This document shows, piece after piece, positions 1-7,227 of a stretch of 30,348 nucleotides of DNA (positions are counted from its first letter, which is position 1; the number at the start of each line of letters is the position of its first letter). The notes beneath the pieces were generated by a model. That model saw only the letters and a program-made list of their open reading frames with translations. It did not search any database and was not told where the DNA came from. Position numbers and translations under genes: made by a program. This DNA comes from a virus (lineage: Duplodnaviria > Caudoviricetes): the IMG/VR virus record IMGVR_UViG_3300020042_005214, positions 1 to 30,348 of that record, one strand, 5' to 3'.

Positions 1-135
1 TGCCCATTCCGCCACAAGCATCACATGGGCGGTTGGGACCATAGGATCTTCGTTGGCTTCCTTGCGCCACCAGATGGCGCGATCAAGCCATTGGACGGCG
101 CGGAGGAGGTAGGTAGTAGAATCGGATGGTTTCAT
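1..135 (-). CDS. Hypothetical protein, truncated at window edge (GC-rich segment)
   Basis: Read manually: MKPSDSTTYLLRAVQWLDRAIWWRKEANEDPM...; its ATG overlaps the TGA of the upstream ORF (ATGA coupling). Confidence 0.55.
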   Translation of the reverse strand, partial: MKPSDSTTYLLRAVQWLDRAIWWRKEANEDPMVPTAHVMLVAEWA

Positions 136-299
136 GGCTTTTTGCGGTTGAGGCTTTTCTCTAATACGCGCTCGATGAAGTCTTGCATCTTGAATCCGTT
201 TTGAACCGCATGAATTTTGATGCGGCGGTGAAGGTCAGGGTTGACCTTAAGTGATGCCAGTGATGGCGGTTGGGGTGGTATCGTTCCAGTGTATTTCAT
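132..299 (-). CDS. Small ribbon-helix-helix (CopG/ParG-like) DNA-binding protein, 55 aa
   Basis: Read manually: ...LASLKVNPDLHRRIKIHAVQNGFKMQDFIERVLEKSL, a beta-strand plus two helices pattern typical of RHH; lies just downstream of a promoter. Confidence 0.65.
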   Translation of the reverse strand: MKYTGTIPPQPPSLASLKVNPDLHRRIKIHAVQNGFKMQDFIERVLEKSLNRKKP

Positions 300-323
300 A
301 ATCGTTCGTCTTGGGACGAGACG

Positions 324-352
324 ATTAAATCACATTGCATTGAACCTGTAAA
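324..352 (-). promoter_or_regulatory. Sigma70-type promoter
   Basis: Minus strand TTTACA-N17-TTTAAT with a TG extended -10, in an AT-rich gap upstream of the RHH gene. Confidence 0.55.
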
Positions 353-369
353 GTAAAAGTTTTATACTT

Positions 370-570
370 TTACCTTCCGCGCTTTTTCGCCCACTGAATC
401 AACAGCTCCCGAGGCCATGAATTGTCCCCCTCCCAAATGGCGCATTTGCATCCATTGCCGCATGAGATTTCCCAGCATCCCGGGTCGTAGCGAAGCTCAG
501 CCTTTTTACCGTATCGGCATGGCCTCACGTTGGTGGCGAAGTGCTGCATCTCTTGCTCGTCGGCGGTCAT
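370..570 (-). CDS. Hypothetical Cys-rich small protein
   Basis: 66-aa ORF coupled (ATGA) to the upstream endolysin; PCRYG...ISCGNGCKC could bind zinc. Confidence 0.5.
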   Translation of the reverse strand: MTADEQEMQHFATNVRPCRYGKKAELRYDPGCWEISCGNGCKCAIWEGDNSWPRELLIQWAKKRGR

Positions 571-1067
571 ACCCGAAAGCGAATGCGGGAGCGGATTTTC
601 GACAAGTGCCGCCTCTGCATCACCACGCCGCCGCCTTCCCTGCTCCCAGCCCTATTACTATTCCCCTCACAGGTCAAAACGTAGCCGTCCGCATCCGGTT
701 CTGAGATTGCAAATCCCACATGGGAGAACGTAAAAACCACAATGTCTCCCGCCTCAATATCGCCCCTGTGCGGCTTTTTTGTCCATGTGGATTGGTCTTG
801 TTTCAGACTCCAGTTTTCCAAGTCCCACGCGCCCGCCGTGCGAGGCCGCTTGAACGCATCCGTCTCTTGAACCTCGGCTTCGATCATCGCCCGCCTAACC
901 ACCCAGCAAACGAAAGCAGCGCACCACGGCCAGCCCTTAGTTGAGTCCAGCCAAGTAGCGGCCTTGTATTCATTGACGCGAGGCCCACAATTCGTCCCGT
1001 CGATCTCTTCAACTCCGATTTCCAGTTTGGCGATTCGGACGATTTCAGTTGGTAGTTTTGCGCTCAT
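567..1067 (-). CDS. CHAP-like peptidoglycan hydrolase (endolysin) of the GC-rich phage
   Basis: Motifs EIGVEE..GTNCGPRV, PWCAAFVCW (catalytic Cys), FSHVGF (catalytic His) and TCEGNSN. Confidence 0.85.
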   Translation of the reverse strand: MSAKLPTEIVRIAKLEIGVEEIDGTNCGPRVNEYKAATWLDSTKGWPWCAAFVCWVVRRAMIEAEVQETDAFKRPRTAGAWDLENWSLKQDQSTWTKKPHRGDIEAGDIVVFTFSHVGFAISEPDADGYVLTCEGNSNRAGSREGGGVVMQRRHLSKIRSRIRFRV

Positions 1068-1300
1068 TAATAGACCCTCGCGTCGATGATCTTGTGATTG
1101 TGAACTTCAAACGAGCCGTCTTTGTCTATGTCCACGATGGCGAATCCGTGGTTCCATCGATTGACGATGGCGTAATCTGGCGAGAGGTCGCAGAGACATC
1201 CCACCGACCAGCACGACGATACCTTGCGGGAGATCCCGGTTGTCTCGGTGTGCTCGCTCGTCCGGTGCCAGTGACCGCACAAGATTGTCTCTTGAACACG
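1067..1300 (-). pseudogene. C-terminal fragment of a calcineurin-like metallophosphoesterase, cut off by an inversion junction
   Basis: RVQETILCGHWHRTSEH...CWSVGCLCDLSPDY...WNHGFAIV aligns with the C-terminus of the + strand ORF ending at 2238 (IVGHLHRPSHH...CWSTGCLCELRADY...HGFAHI); similarity is lost beyond ~1300. Confidence 0.8.
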
Positions 1301-2238
1301 CCTCCAATCGCGCCATTGCTCGCATCTTGCGGGCTGAGTATCCAGACGCCTTTCCCTCCCTTGAGGCGTGTCGATCGGTGGTTCGGGTTATTAGGGGCGC
1401 AAACGGAGAAATGCACAGGGGAGAGAAAAGACCTGCCGCACGCCCGAAGCCCCTCGGCTGGCAGCAAGCAGTCATCCCGCCAACCGCATCCAAGAAACGG
1501 ACCCCTCTTGTGTTAAAGGGGCCGATGAGGCTAGGGGTGTTCTCTGACCTTCACATTCCTTATCACAACGCATTAGAAGTCACTATAGCATTAGACTACG
1601 GCAAAAAAGAAAAGGTAAATACTATCTTCATAAATGGTGACCTGCTGGATTGCCATACTATTAGCAAGTTTGAATCGAATCCAAAGAAAAGGTCAATAAA
1701 GCAAGAATTTGATGCAACCCGTGAATTTTTAACACAACTTCGTAAAGCATTCCCAAAGGCTTTAATTTATTGGCTAAAAGGTAACCATTGCATCAGATGG
1801 GAAAAGTTTTTATACTCAAAGGTGCGCGAGATTTGGGATGATGACTACTTTTTTTTAGAGGAAAGATTGCAGCTTAATTCTGTTGGTGTTAAGATATTAG
1901 ATGACAAAGTTTTAGTCAAAGCAGGTAAATTATCTATTACTCATGGCCATCACATTTTTAAAGGTGCATTTACTCCGGTAAACCCATCGCGTGGCGCATT
2001 TTTAAGGGCTAAGCAGTCTTTAATTGTTGGACACCTACATAGACCAAGCCACCACCCCGAAACGGATTTAGACGGCAAAATAATAAGTTGTTGGAGTACA
2101 GGATGCTTATGTGAGCTTAGAGCAGATTACTCACCATTGGTAGGTAATACGATGCATGGCTTTGCACACATACAACTATCTAAGGATGGTGATTATACAG
2201 TAAAAAATTATTCAATCATAAATGGTAAGCTATGTTAA
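1294..2238 (+). CDS. Chimeric calcineurin-like metallophosphoesterase (GC-rich N-terminal part, AT-rich catalytic part; no native start)
   Basis: Motifs SDLH, NGDLLD, GNH, HGH and GHLH; composition switches near 1545-1585; the track start at 1240 reads antisense through the inverted fragment. Confidence 0.8.
   Translation, partial: EHASNRAIARILRAEYPDAFPSLEACRSVVRVIRGANGEMHRGEKRPAARPKPLGWQQAVIPPTASKKRTPLVLKGPMRLGVFSDLHIPYHNALEVTIALDYGKKEKVNTIFINGDLLDCHTISKFESNPKKRSIKQEFDATREFLTQLRKAFPKALIYWLKGNHCIRWEKFLYSKVREIWDDDYFFLEERLQLNSVGVKILDDKVLVKAGKLSITHGHHIFKGAFTPVNPSRGAFLRAKQSLIVGHLHRPSHHPETDLDGKIISCWSTGCLCELRADYSPLVGNTMHGFAHIQLSKDGDYTVKNYSIINGKLC
1543..1767 (+). repeat. Diverged direct repeat, copy 1 (paired with 30124-30348)
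   Basis: Gap-free 75-codon alignment at offset 28581; manual count gives about 166/225 nt and 65/75 aa identical. Confidence 0.9.
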
Positions 2239-2495
2239 ACAAAGAGAAAGTAATTTTTGAAGACGAATCTTATGACCTTGAGTTTGATTCTAGAGATGGT
2301 GAGTATATTGCAGCTGCATTTAATTCATTAGGTGCCATTGATATGCTAGATACAGGACTTATGAATGAAGAGCAAAAAGAGGTAATTAATACAATACAAT
2401 TCCAAGCAATAGCTATTATTAGCGAATCTATTAACAACATTTACAATGAAATATTTGATACTACTGCTGACAGCAGTAACGACCTTGTCTTGTAA
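2232..2495 (+). CDS. Acidic hypothetical protein
   Basis: 87-aa ORF overlapping both neighbours. Confidence 0.7.
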   Translation: MLNKEKVIFEDESYDLEFDSRDGEYIAAAFNSLGAIDMLDTGLMNEEQKEVINTIQFQAIAIISESINNIYNEIFDTTADSSNDLVL

Positions 2496-2940
2496 TCCAA
2501 GCAAAAAACTTGACAAATTAAACGCAAAACATCCCGAACTTCTTGCCAAATTCTGCATGGACACGTTCCCATGTGTTACCAGTAAAATAGATACAGTAAC
2601 TAAAGTTGAGTATGATTTTGTAGAGATACAATGTCCGGGTGTTGAAGATTATCATATTGACACAGTGTGGTTAGATAATAACAAAACTCAAATAATTGAT
2701 GGGCCTACAGTTATAGTTAGACAAAATAAAACCAATACCATTATTAAAAAAATTAAAGATAGCGCAGCAATTAGATCATGTGAGCTAGAGCTAATATCTT
2801 GTAACAATAAATGCAATGATTTGTTAGAACAAAATAGAAAGCTTCAAAATAAAGTAACAGCAAAAAATCGTTGGATAATGTGGCTTATAATAGCACTTTT
2901 ATGTTCGATATTGTGTAACGTAATACTTATAAAAAAATGA
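2446..2940 (+). CDS. Lipoprotein with C-terminal transmembrane helix; candidate spanin
   Basis: Lipobox MKYLILLLTAVTTLS-C, a coiled coil, and C-terminal WIMWLIIALLCSILCNVILIKK; immediately upstream of the lysozyme. Confidence 0.65.
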   Translation: MKYLILLLTAVTTLSCNPSKKLDKLNAKHPELLAKFCMDTFPCVTSKIDTVTKVEYDFVEIQCPGVEDYHIDTVWLDNNKTQIIDGPTVIVRQNKTNTIIKKIKDSAAIRSCELELISCNNKCNDLLEQNRKLQNKVTAKNRWIMWLIIALLCSILCNVILIKK

Positions 2941-3386
2941 TAGCATCAAAAAACTGCATAAACTTAATTAAGATGTTTGAAGGGTATAAAGCAAAAGCTT
3001 ATTTATGTCCGGCATCTGTAGTAACCATAGGTTGGGGCAGCACTATGTACACAGATGGGCGCAAGATTAAGCTAGGTGATACAATTAACGAGCAACAAGC
3101 TGAACAGTTACTTATGTGGGAACTAAAAAATAAATCAATTGCTTTGCATGGTTTAAATCTTAATCAGAACCAGTTTGATTCGTGCTTATCTTTTATTTAC
3201 AATGTTGGAATTGGTGCATTTGCTAAATCTACACTTAGAAAAAAGATTTTAGTTAATCTTAATGATGCTACAATAAAAGATGAGTTTATGCGTTGGAATA
3301 AAGCAACTGTTGGAGGCAAATTAATAGAGCTTAAAGGACTTACCAGGCGTAGAACTGCAGAAGCTGAAATGTATTTTAAATTATAG
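2937..3386 (+). CDS. Phage lysozyme (GH24 endolysin)
   Basis: IKMFEG..AYLCPASVVTIGWGST, NQNQFDS..SFIYNVGIGAF, RWNKA..GLTRRRTAE. Confidence 0.95.
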   Translation: MIASKNCINLIKMFEGYKAKAYLCPASVVTIGWGSTMYTDGRKIKLGDTINEQQAEQLLMWELKNKSIALHGLNLNQNQFDSCLSFIYNVGIGAFAKSTLRKKILVNLNDATIKDEFMRWNKATVGGKLIELKGLTRRRTAEAEMYFKL

Positions 3387-3463
3387 TTTTTTTTAGTTTA
3401 GTAAATAACGGCTTAATGTCTTTACATTCGAGCCTATGAAAAAGGTAGATTTTCATTTTTTAT

Positions 3464-3498
3464 CCCCTCGATGTTTCTACATTGGGGGTTTCTTTTTA
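3464..3498 (+). terminator. Intrinsic terminator after the lysis genes
   Basis: CCCC-T-CGATGT-ttct-ACATTG-GGGG hairpin followed by TTTCTTTTT. Confidence 0.7.
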
Positions 3499-3547
3499 TA
3501 TCTACTTTTAGGATATAATAAAAAAAATAAAAAATATTCTATAAATA

Positions 3548-3579
3548 TTTGGTTAATTAAAAAAGTAAATTTACATTTG
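3548..3579 (+). promoter_or_regulatory. Bacteroidota housekeeping-sigma promoter (early promoter)
   Basis: TTTG (3548-3551), 20-nt spacer, TACATTTG (3572-3579), matching the -33/-7 consensus TTTG/TAnnTTTG. Confidence 0.8.
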
Positions 3580-3597
3580 AATTCTAAACCAAAAAAA

Positions 3598-3684
3598 ATG
3601 AAGCAATCAACCAAAGACACAATCACAGTAACCATCATTATTATTCTTGCCTTACTAGGCGATTCATTATTTAACCAAATCTAA
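3598..3684 (+). CDS. Small single-TM peptide, 28 aa
   Basis: MKQSTKDTITVTIIIILALLGDSLFNQI; A-rich leader directly after the promoter, so start reassigned from 3436. Confidence 0.55.
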   Translation: MKQSTKDTITVTIIIILALLGDSLFNQI

Positions 3685-3689
3685 AAAAC

Positions 3690-3881
3690 ATGACAGAAAC
3701 AAAAAAACGAGGGCGGAAGCCTATCCCCGACAACCAAAAAAAGAAACCCGTATTAATTTACTTATCAGATGATCAGATAAGTTTACTCGGTGGCCCATCA
3801 GCGGCTAAAAACATTTTACAAGATTATTCATTATTTAAAATCAAACAAAATGCCAAAAAAGAGACTATTTCAAATTCATGA
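3690..3881 (+). CDS. Small DNA-binding regulator (RGRKP hook plus RHH-like region)
   Basis: KKRGRKPIPDNQKKKPVLIYLSDDQISLLGG; early position. Confidence 0.65.
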   Translation: MTETKKRGRKPIPDNQKKKPVLIYLSDDQISLLGGPSAAKNILQDYSLFKIKQNAKKETISNS

Positions 3882-4200
3882 CTTTGTACTTAGAAATGAT
3901 ACTATCATTGTGCAGATTTATGAGAACAATTACATTGATAATACCATTGTAATTCCTGTACATGCATTTGTACAATATCTGCTAAGACATGACCGTCTAT
4001 ACTTTGAGACACAAGATATGAGTACTGGTAAACTAGTAACAAAATCTTACCATCTTACATTTGACAACTACTGGGATGAGATGGATCGCGATTACAAAGA
4101 GCAGGATGTTTATGATTTTATAATCTGTACATGTTTTGATTTTACTAAAGCTATTGATAGAATTATACTAAATCAAAATTTAACTCATTATTTATGGTAA
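3850..4200 (+). CDS. Hypothetical protein
   Basis: Likely start MPKKRLFQ at 3850 after an A-rich leader, in frame with track ORF 3790-4200. Confidence 0.7.
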   Translation: MPKKRLFQIHDFVLRNDTIIVQIYENNYIDNTIVIPVHAFVQYLLRHDRLYFETQDMSTGKLVTKSYHLTFDNYWDEMDRDYKEQDVYDFIICTCFDFTKAIDRIILNQNLTHYLW

Positions 4201-4352
4201 AATTTTTAAGCAATTTGTATGACAAAATATTCAAATCGAGAGAAGATATTGAACACCAAAAAAAAGTGGAGTTCTTTAATCGAACTAATACTAAAACAAC
4301 AAAAACAAGACCGAATCTTAAAACAAAATCATCCTCAAATAAAAAAATATGA
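4194..4352 (+). CDS. Small basic hypothetical protein, 52 aa
   Basis: Read manually: MVKFLSNLYDKIFKSREDIEHQKKVEFF...; stop overlaps the next ATG (ATGA). Confidence 0.55.
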   Translation: MVKFLSNLYDKIFKSREDIEHQKKVEFFNRTNTKTTKTRPNLKTKSSSNKKI

Positions 4353-5101
4353 GCAACTATTTTATAGATACTAATCAGAAACAAATTACATTTACAGACA
4401 ACAGATTCTACTCATCAGAATCGGGAGCATTCATCCCATCAGTTACAACCATTTTACAAGCTTACCCTAAAGATGCCCATTTCTTTAGTTGGTTAAAACA
4501 AGTTGGCGAAGAGGCTGATACAATTAGAGATGAAGCCGGTAGACGTGGTTCTATCGTACATAGCCTTACTGAGCGTTACGATGCTGGTGAAGAGGTTAAC
4601 TTATTAGATAACGGTGGTAACATTAATTTTAAGATGTCCGAGTGGACCATGTTCGAGCGTTATGTAGAGTATCGTAGACAAGTAGACCAGGAGATAATGT
4701 TTAGCGAGATAAACTTTATTAGTGAGCAGTTAGGCTACGCTGGAACAGTTGACCGTATAGCGCAAATAAACGGCAAAAACTACCTAATTGACATCAAGAC
4801 ATCAAATACCATTTACGACCATTACTGGCTACAATTAGCGGCATATAACGAGCTAATAAAAGAGGCTTACAAGTCTATTAATGTTATCGACCATGTCGCA
4901 ATACTTTGGCTCAATGCTAAGACTAGAACAGCAGGTAAAAATGGTGCTATTCAGGGACCAGGCTGGCAGTTGATAGTTCGTGAAGATAATGAGCGTGCAA
5001 ATGACTTAAAACTATTTAACGCAACTAAGCTTTTATGGGATGCACAAAATAGCGACATGAAACCAAGAATTAAAACTTATTCACTAACACATAAATTATA
5101 A
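4349..5101 (+). CDS. PD-(D/E)XK phage exonuclease
   Basis: PSVTTIL, RGSIVH, GYAGTVD, LIDIKTS, LQLAAY. Confidence 0.88.
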   Translation: MSNYFIDTNQKQITFTDNRFYSSESGAFIPSVTTILQAYPKDAHFFSWLKQVGEEADTIRDEAGRRGSIVHSLTERYDAGEEVNLLDNGGNINFKMSEWTMFERYVEYRRQVDQEIMFSEINFISEQLGYAGTVDRIAQINGKNYLIDIKTSNTIYDHYWLQLAAYNELIKEAYKSINVIDHVAILWLNAKTRTAGKNGAIQGPGWQLIVREDNERANDLKLFNATKLLWDAQNSDMKPRIKTYSLTHKL

Positions 5102-5132
5102 AAGCTGATATCTTACTATCACAATTAAACCA

Positions 5133-5693
5133 ATGGGATCAATAATTAAAAATTCTGCTATCTACCTTACCATCAGTGATGGTAAAATCTGCAGACGTGT
5201 GCAATCTCCCACAGCGACATCAAAAGAGAGACAAACAAAAGATGGTAAGCTTATCCATGAAGAGCAGTATCATGGCTGGAGTGGTAAAATTACCGACATT
5301 CAAACCAGGCAGACTGATTACGGCAAAGAGTGGAACGTAACCATTGAAGATGGAGACACTAAAGCATCTTTGCAAATGAAATACTCTAGTGGTTACGCAT
5401 CTGCATTTCTTAAGACTTTGCCAAATGTTGACTTGTCAAAAGATGTAGAATTAATGCCGAAATCTGAGACTACAGACGGCAAAACTAAGACTACAATGTT
5501 CATCAAGCAAGATGGCAAAGCTATCAAATGGGCTTACACAAAAGATAACCCAAATGGCTTACCATCTATGAAAAAAATCAAAGTTAAAGGTGTTGATGTT
5601 TGGGATGATTCCGACATGATGGAGCATCTTGAATCAATGGTTAAATCTAAGTTTGCAAACAGCAAACAAGACGACTTAGACGTTCCGTTTTAA
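5133..5693 (+). CDS. Putative single-stranded DNA-binding protein
   Basis: Acidic C-terminal tail DDLDVPF; follows the exonuclease. Confidence 0.65.
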   Translation: MGSIIKNSAIYLTISDGKICRRVQSPTATSKERQTKDGKLIHEEQYHGWSGKITDIQTRQTDYGKEWNVTIEDGDTKASLQMKYSSGYASAFLKTLPNVDLSKDVELMPKSETTDGKTKTTMFIKQDGKAIKWAYTKDNPNGLPSMKKIKVKGVDVWDDSDMMEHLESMVKSKFANSKQDDLDVPF

Positions 5694-5759
5694 AATCCAA
5701 TGGGGGTGCGACCATTCAACGCACATTTTAAATTATTCATCATCATCAATTAATCAAAC

Positions 5760-6005
5760 ATGACTACAATAAACTCATTTGGAGATTTTCAAGCTTCAAC
5801 AATAATATCTGAGGAAAGGTTAAAATACCTTAAAAATACAGGAATAGAAATAATAAATTGTGAGCCTTATAATAATGCATCAATCAGCTCAGTTGTTATA
5901 GATTACAAAGCTTTTCTAATTACGTTTAAAGTGACCAGTACTACTTTTGTTTACTTTATGAACGCTGGTATTGATTACTCAATGGATAAATATTGTAAAT
6001 CTTAA
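5760..6005 (+). CDS. Hypothetical protein
   Basis: 81-aa ORF with an A-rich leader. Confidence 0.6.
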   Translation: MTTINSFGDFQASTIISEERLKYLKNTGIEIINCEPYNNASISSVVIDYKAFLITFKVTSTTFVYFMNAGIDYSMDKYCKS

Positions 6006-6008
6006 CTT

Positions 6009-6110
6009 ATGTGGATAGCTTTAATATTTGAATTTGTTGTAATTGTAATTGTTTCGTTACTTTATGTACATTTGATAAACGATAAAAATAACAATTATGA
6101 AGACGATTAA
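6009..6110 (+). CDS. Small single-TM peptide, 33 aa
   Basis: Read manually: MWIALIFEFVVIVIVSLLYVHLINDKNNNYEDD. Confidence 0.45.
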   Translation: MWIALIFEFVVIVIVSLLYVHLINDKNNNYEDD

Positions 6111-6366
6111 AAATTTACTAGGGATGGCTCTGCTTGTTGGGTTTGTTAATCCAATTGCATTTACTAACCACCAGCAGTGGTATCAAGGTGTTGTATGTTT
6201 ATTGGCTGCATTCATTGGATCAGGATTAATCTTTGGGTTTGAAGGTTACGCAGTTGGACCAAAAGCAATTGGTAACGCAGATAAAACGCCAGTAATTAAC
6301 CAGGTGTGGATGATGTTCTTTATTGGGGCTGTTGCTAACTTATTATGGGCTACACTTTATGTGTAA
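6097..6366 (+). CDS. Membrane protein (about 3 TM helices)
   Basis: Three hydrophobic segments in 89 aa. Confidence 0.7.
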   Translation: MKTIKNLLGMALLVGFVNPIAFTNHQQWYQGVVCLLAAFIGSGLIFGFEGYAVGPKAIGNADKTPVINQVWMMFFIGAVANLLWATLYV

Positions 6367-6423
6367 AATATTCATCACTAAATCGGCTTTTCTCCGATAA
6401 TGAATGAAAAAATAAACAAAAGT

Positions 6424-6487
6424 AATTATATGCGAAAGGGTATAAAAAACGCTACTTTGCACAAATTATACCCTTTTGCGTATAGTT
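6424..6487 (+). repeat. 22-bp imperfect inverted repeat (long hairpin)
   Basis: AATTATATGCGAAAGGGTATAA / TTATACCCTTTTGCGTATAGTT with a 20-nt loop. Confidence 0.8.
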
Positions 6488-6503
6488 TAAAAATCAATAA
6501 ATT

Positions 6504-6728
6504 ATGCCAATAGACAAACAATACCATTTACTTGCAGGATTCTGCATCTACATTATTGCACAGTTATTTATGCAACCAATACCTGCAATGATACCAGTAA
6601 TAGCCATTGCAACAGGTAAAGAAGTTTACGATTATGTAAGTGGCAAAGGTACACCTGATATCAATGATCTACTTTACACAATTTATGGAGCATTGCCATT
6701 ATTAATTTTAAAATTGATACTATCATGA
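6504..6728 (+). CDS. Small membrane protein, YfiM/DUF2279/VanZ-like
   Basis: DKQYH...GKEVYD...GTPDINDLL motif pattern within TM helices. Confidence 0.65.
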   Translation: MPIDKQYHLLAGFCIYIIAQLFMQPIPAMIPVIAIATGKEVYDYVSGKGTPDINDLLYTIYGALPLLILKLILS

Positions 6729-7216
6729 GATTATTAATCACTATCTTATTGATGTCAACAACAAGCTTTGCGCAAGAGTTTGAAGGCAATTTTATCAAAG
6801 CTAAAGCCAATGGTGGCACTGCTCCATTTACCTACTCAATAGATAATGGTGCTTATCAAATAAAGGACACTTTTTTTAATGTTCAAGCTGGTAGGTACAT
6901 TATAAGTGTTAAGGATGCAAAAAACTGCGTAAAATCTTCTGTATGCACCTTATACGATAATTTAAAAATGAAAGCATTGGTTTGGAATGGTACACGTTAC
7001 ATTCCTTATGAGCAGTACATCCCAACACCAAATTTATTTTTATCCGTACAACTTGAAGCTTATGGTGGTAAGCGACCATATCAATACAGCAGAAACTCTA
7101 CAACAAATTACATACTTAACAAAACTTTTTGGAATGGTTTGAGTAAAAATATACCGTACACATTCCGAGTTAAAGATGCACTTGGCTACATTCAAACAAT
7201 TATCATAATTTTCTAA
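6725..7216 (+). CDS. Secreted protein with two SprB-like repeats
   Basis: Signal peptide ending SFA-Q; GGTAPFTYSIDNG...AGRYIISVKDAKNC and GGKRPYQYS...YTFRVKDALG. Confidence 0.75.
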   Translation: MRLLITILLMSTTSFAQEFEGNFIKAKANGGTAPFTYSIDNGAYQIKDTFFNVQAGRYIISVKDAKNCVKSSVCTLYDNLKMKALVWNGTRYIPYEQYIPTPNLFLSVQLEAYGGKRPYQYSRNSTTNYILNKTFWNGLSKNIPYTFRVKDALGYIQTIIIIF

Positions 7217-7227
7217 ATTTACAACTT

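Noticed and set aside
1240-1293. Track start of the 332-aa ORF
   Set aside because: This stretch is the antisense of the inverted C-terminal phosphoesterase fragment, not a real N-terminus
417-1516. Multiple overlapping ORFs in the GC-rich segment
   Set aside because: Shadow ORFs expected in GC-rich DNA; they overlap recognisable genes and have no motifs
3436-3597. N-terminal part of the 82-aa track ORF
   Set aside because: It runs through a terminator and the promoter; the ATG at 3598 is more plausible
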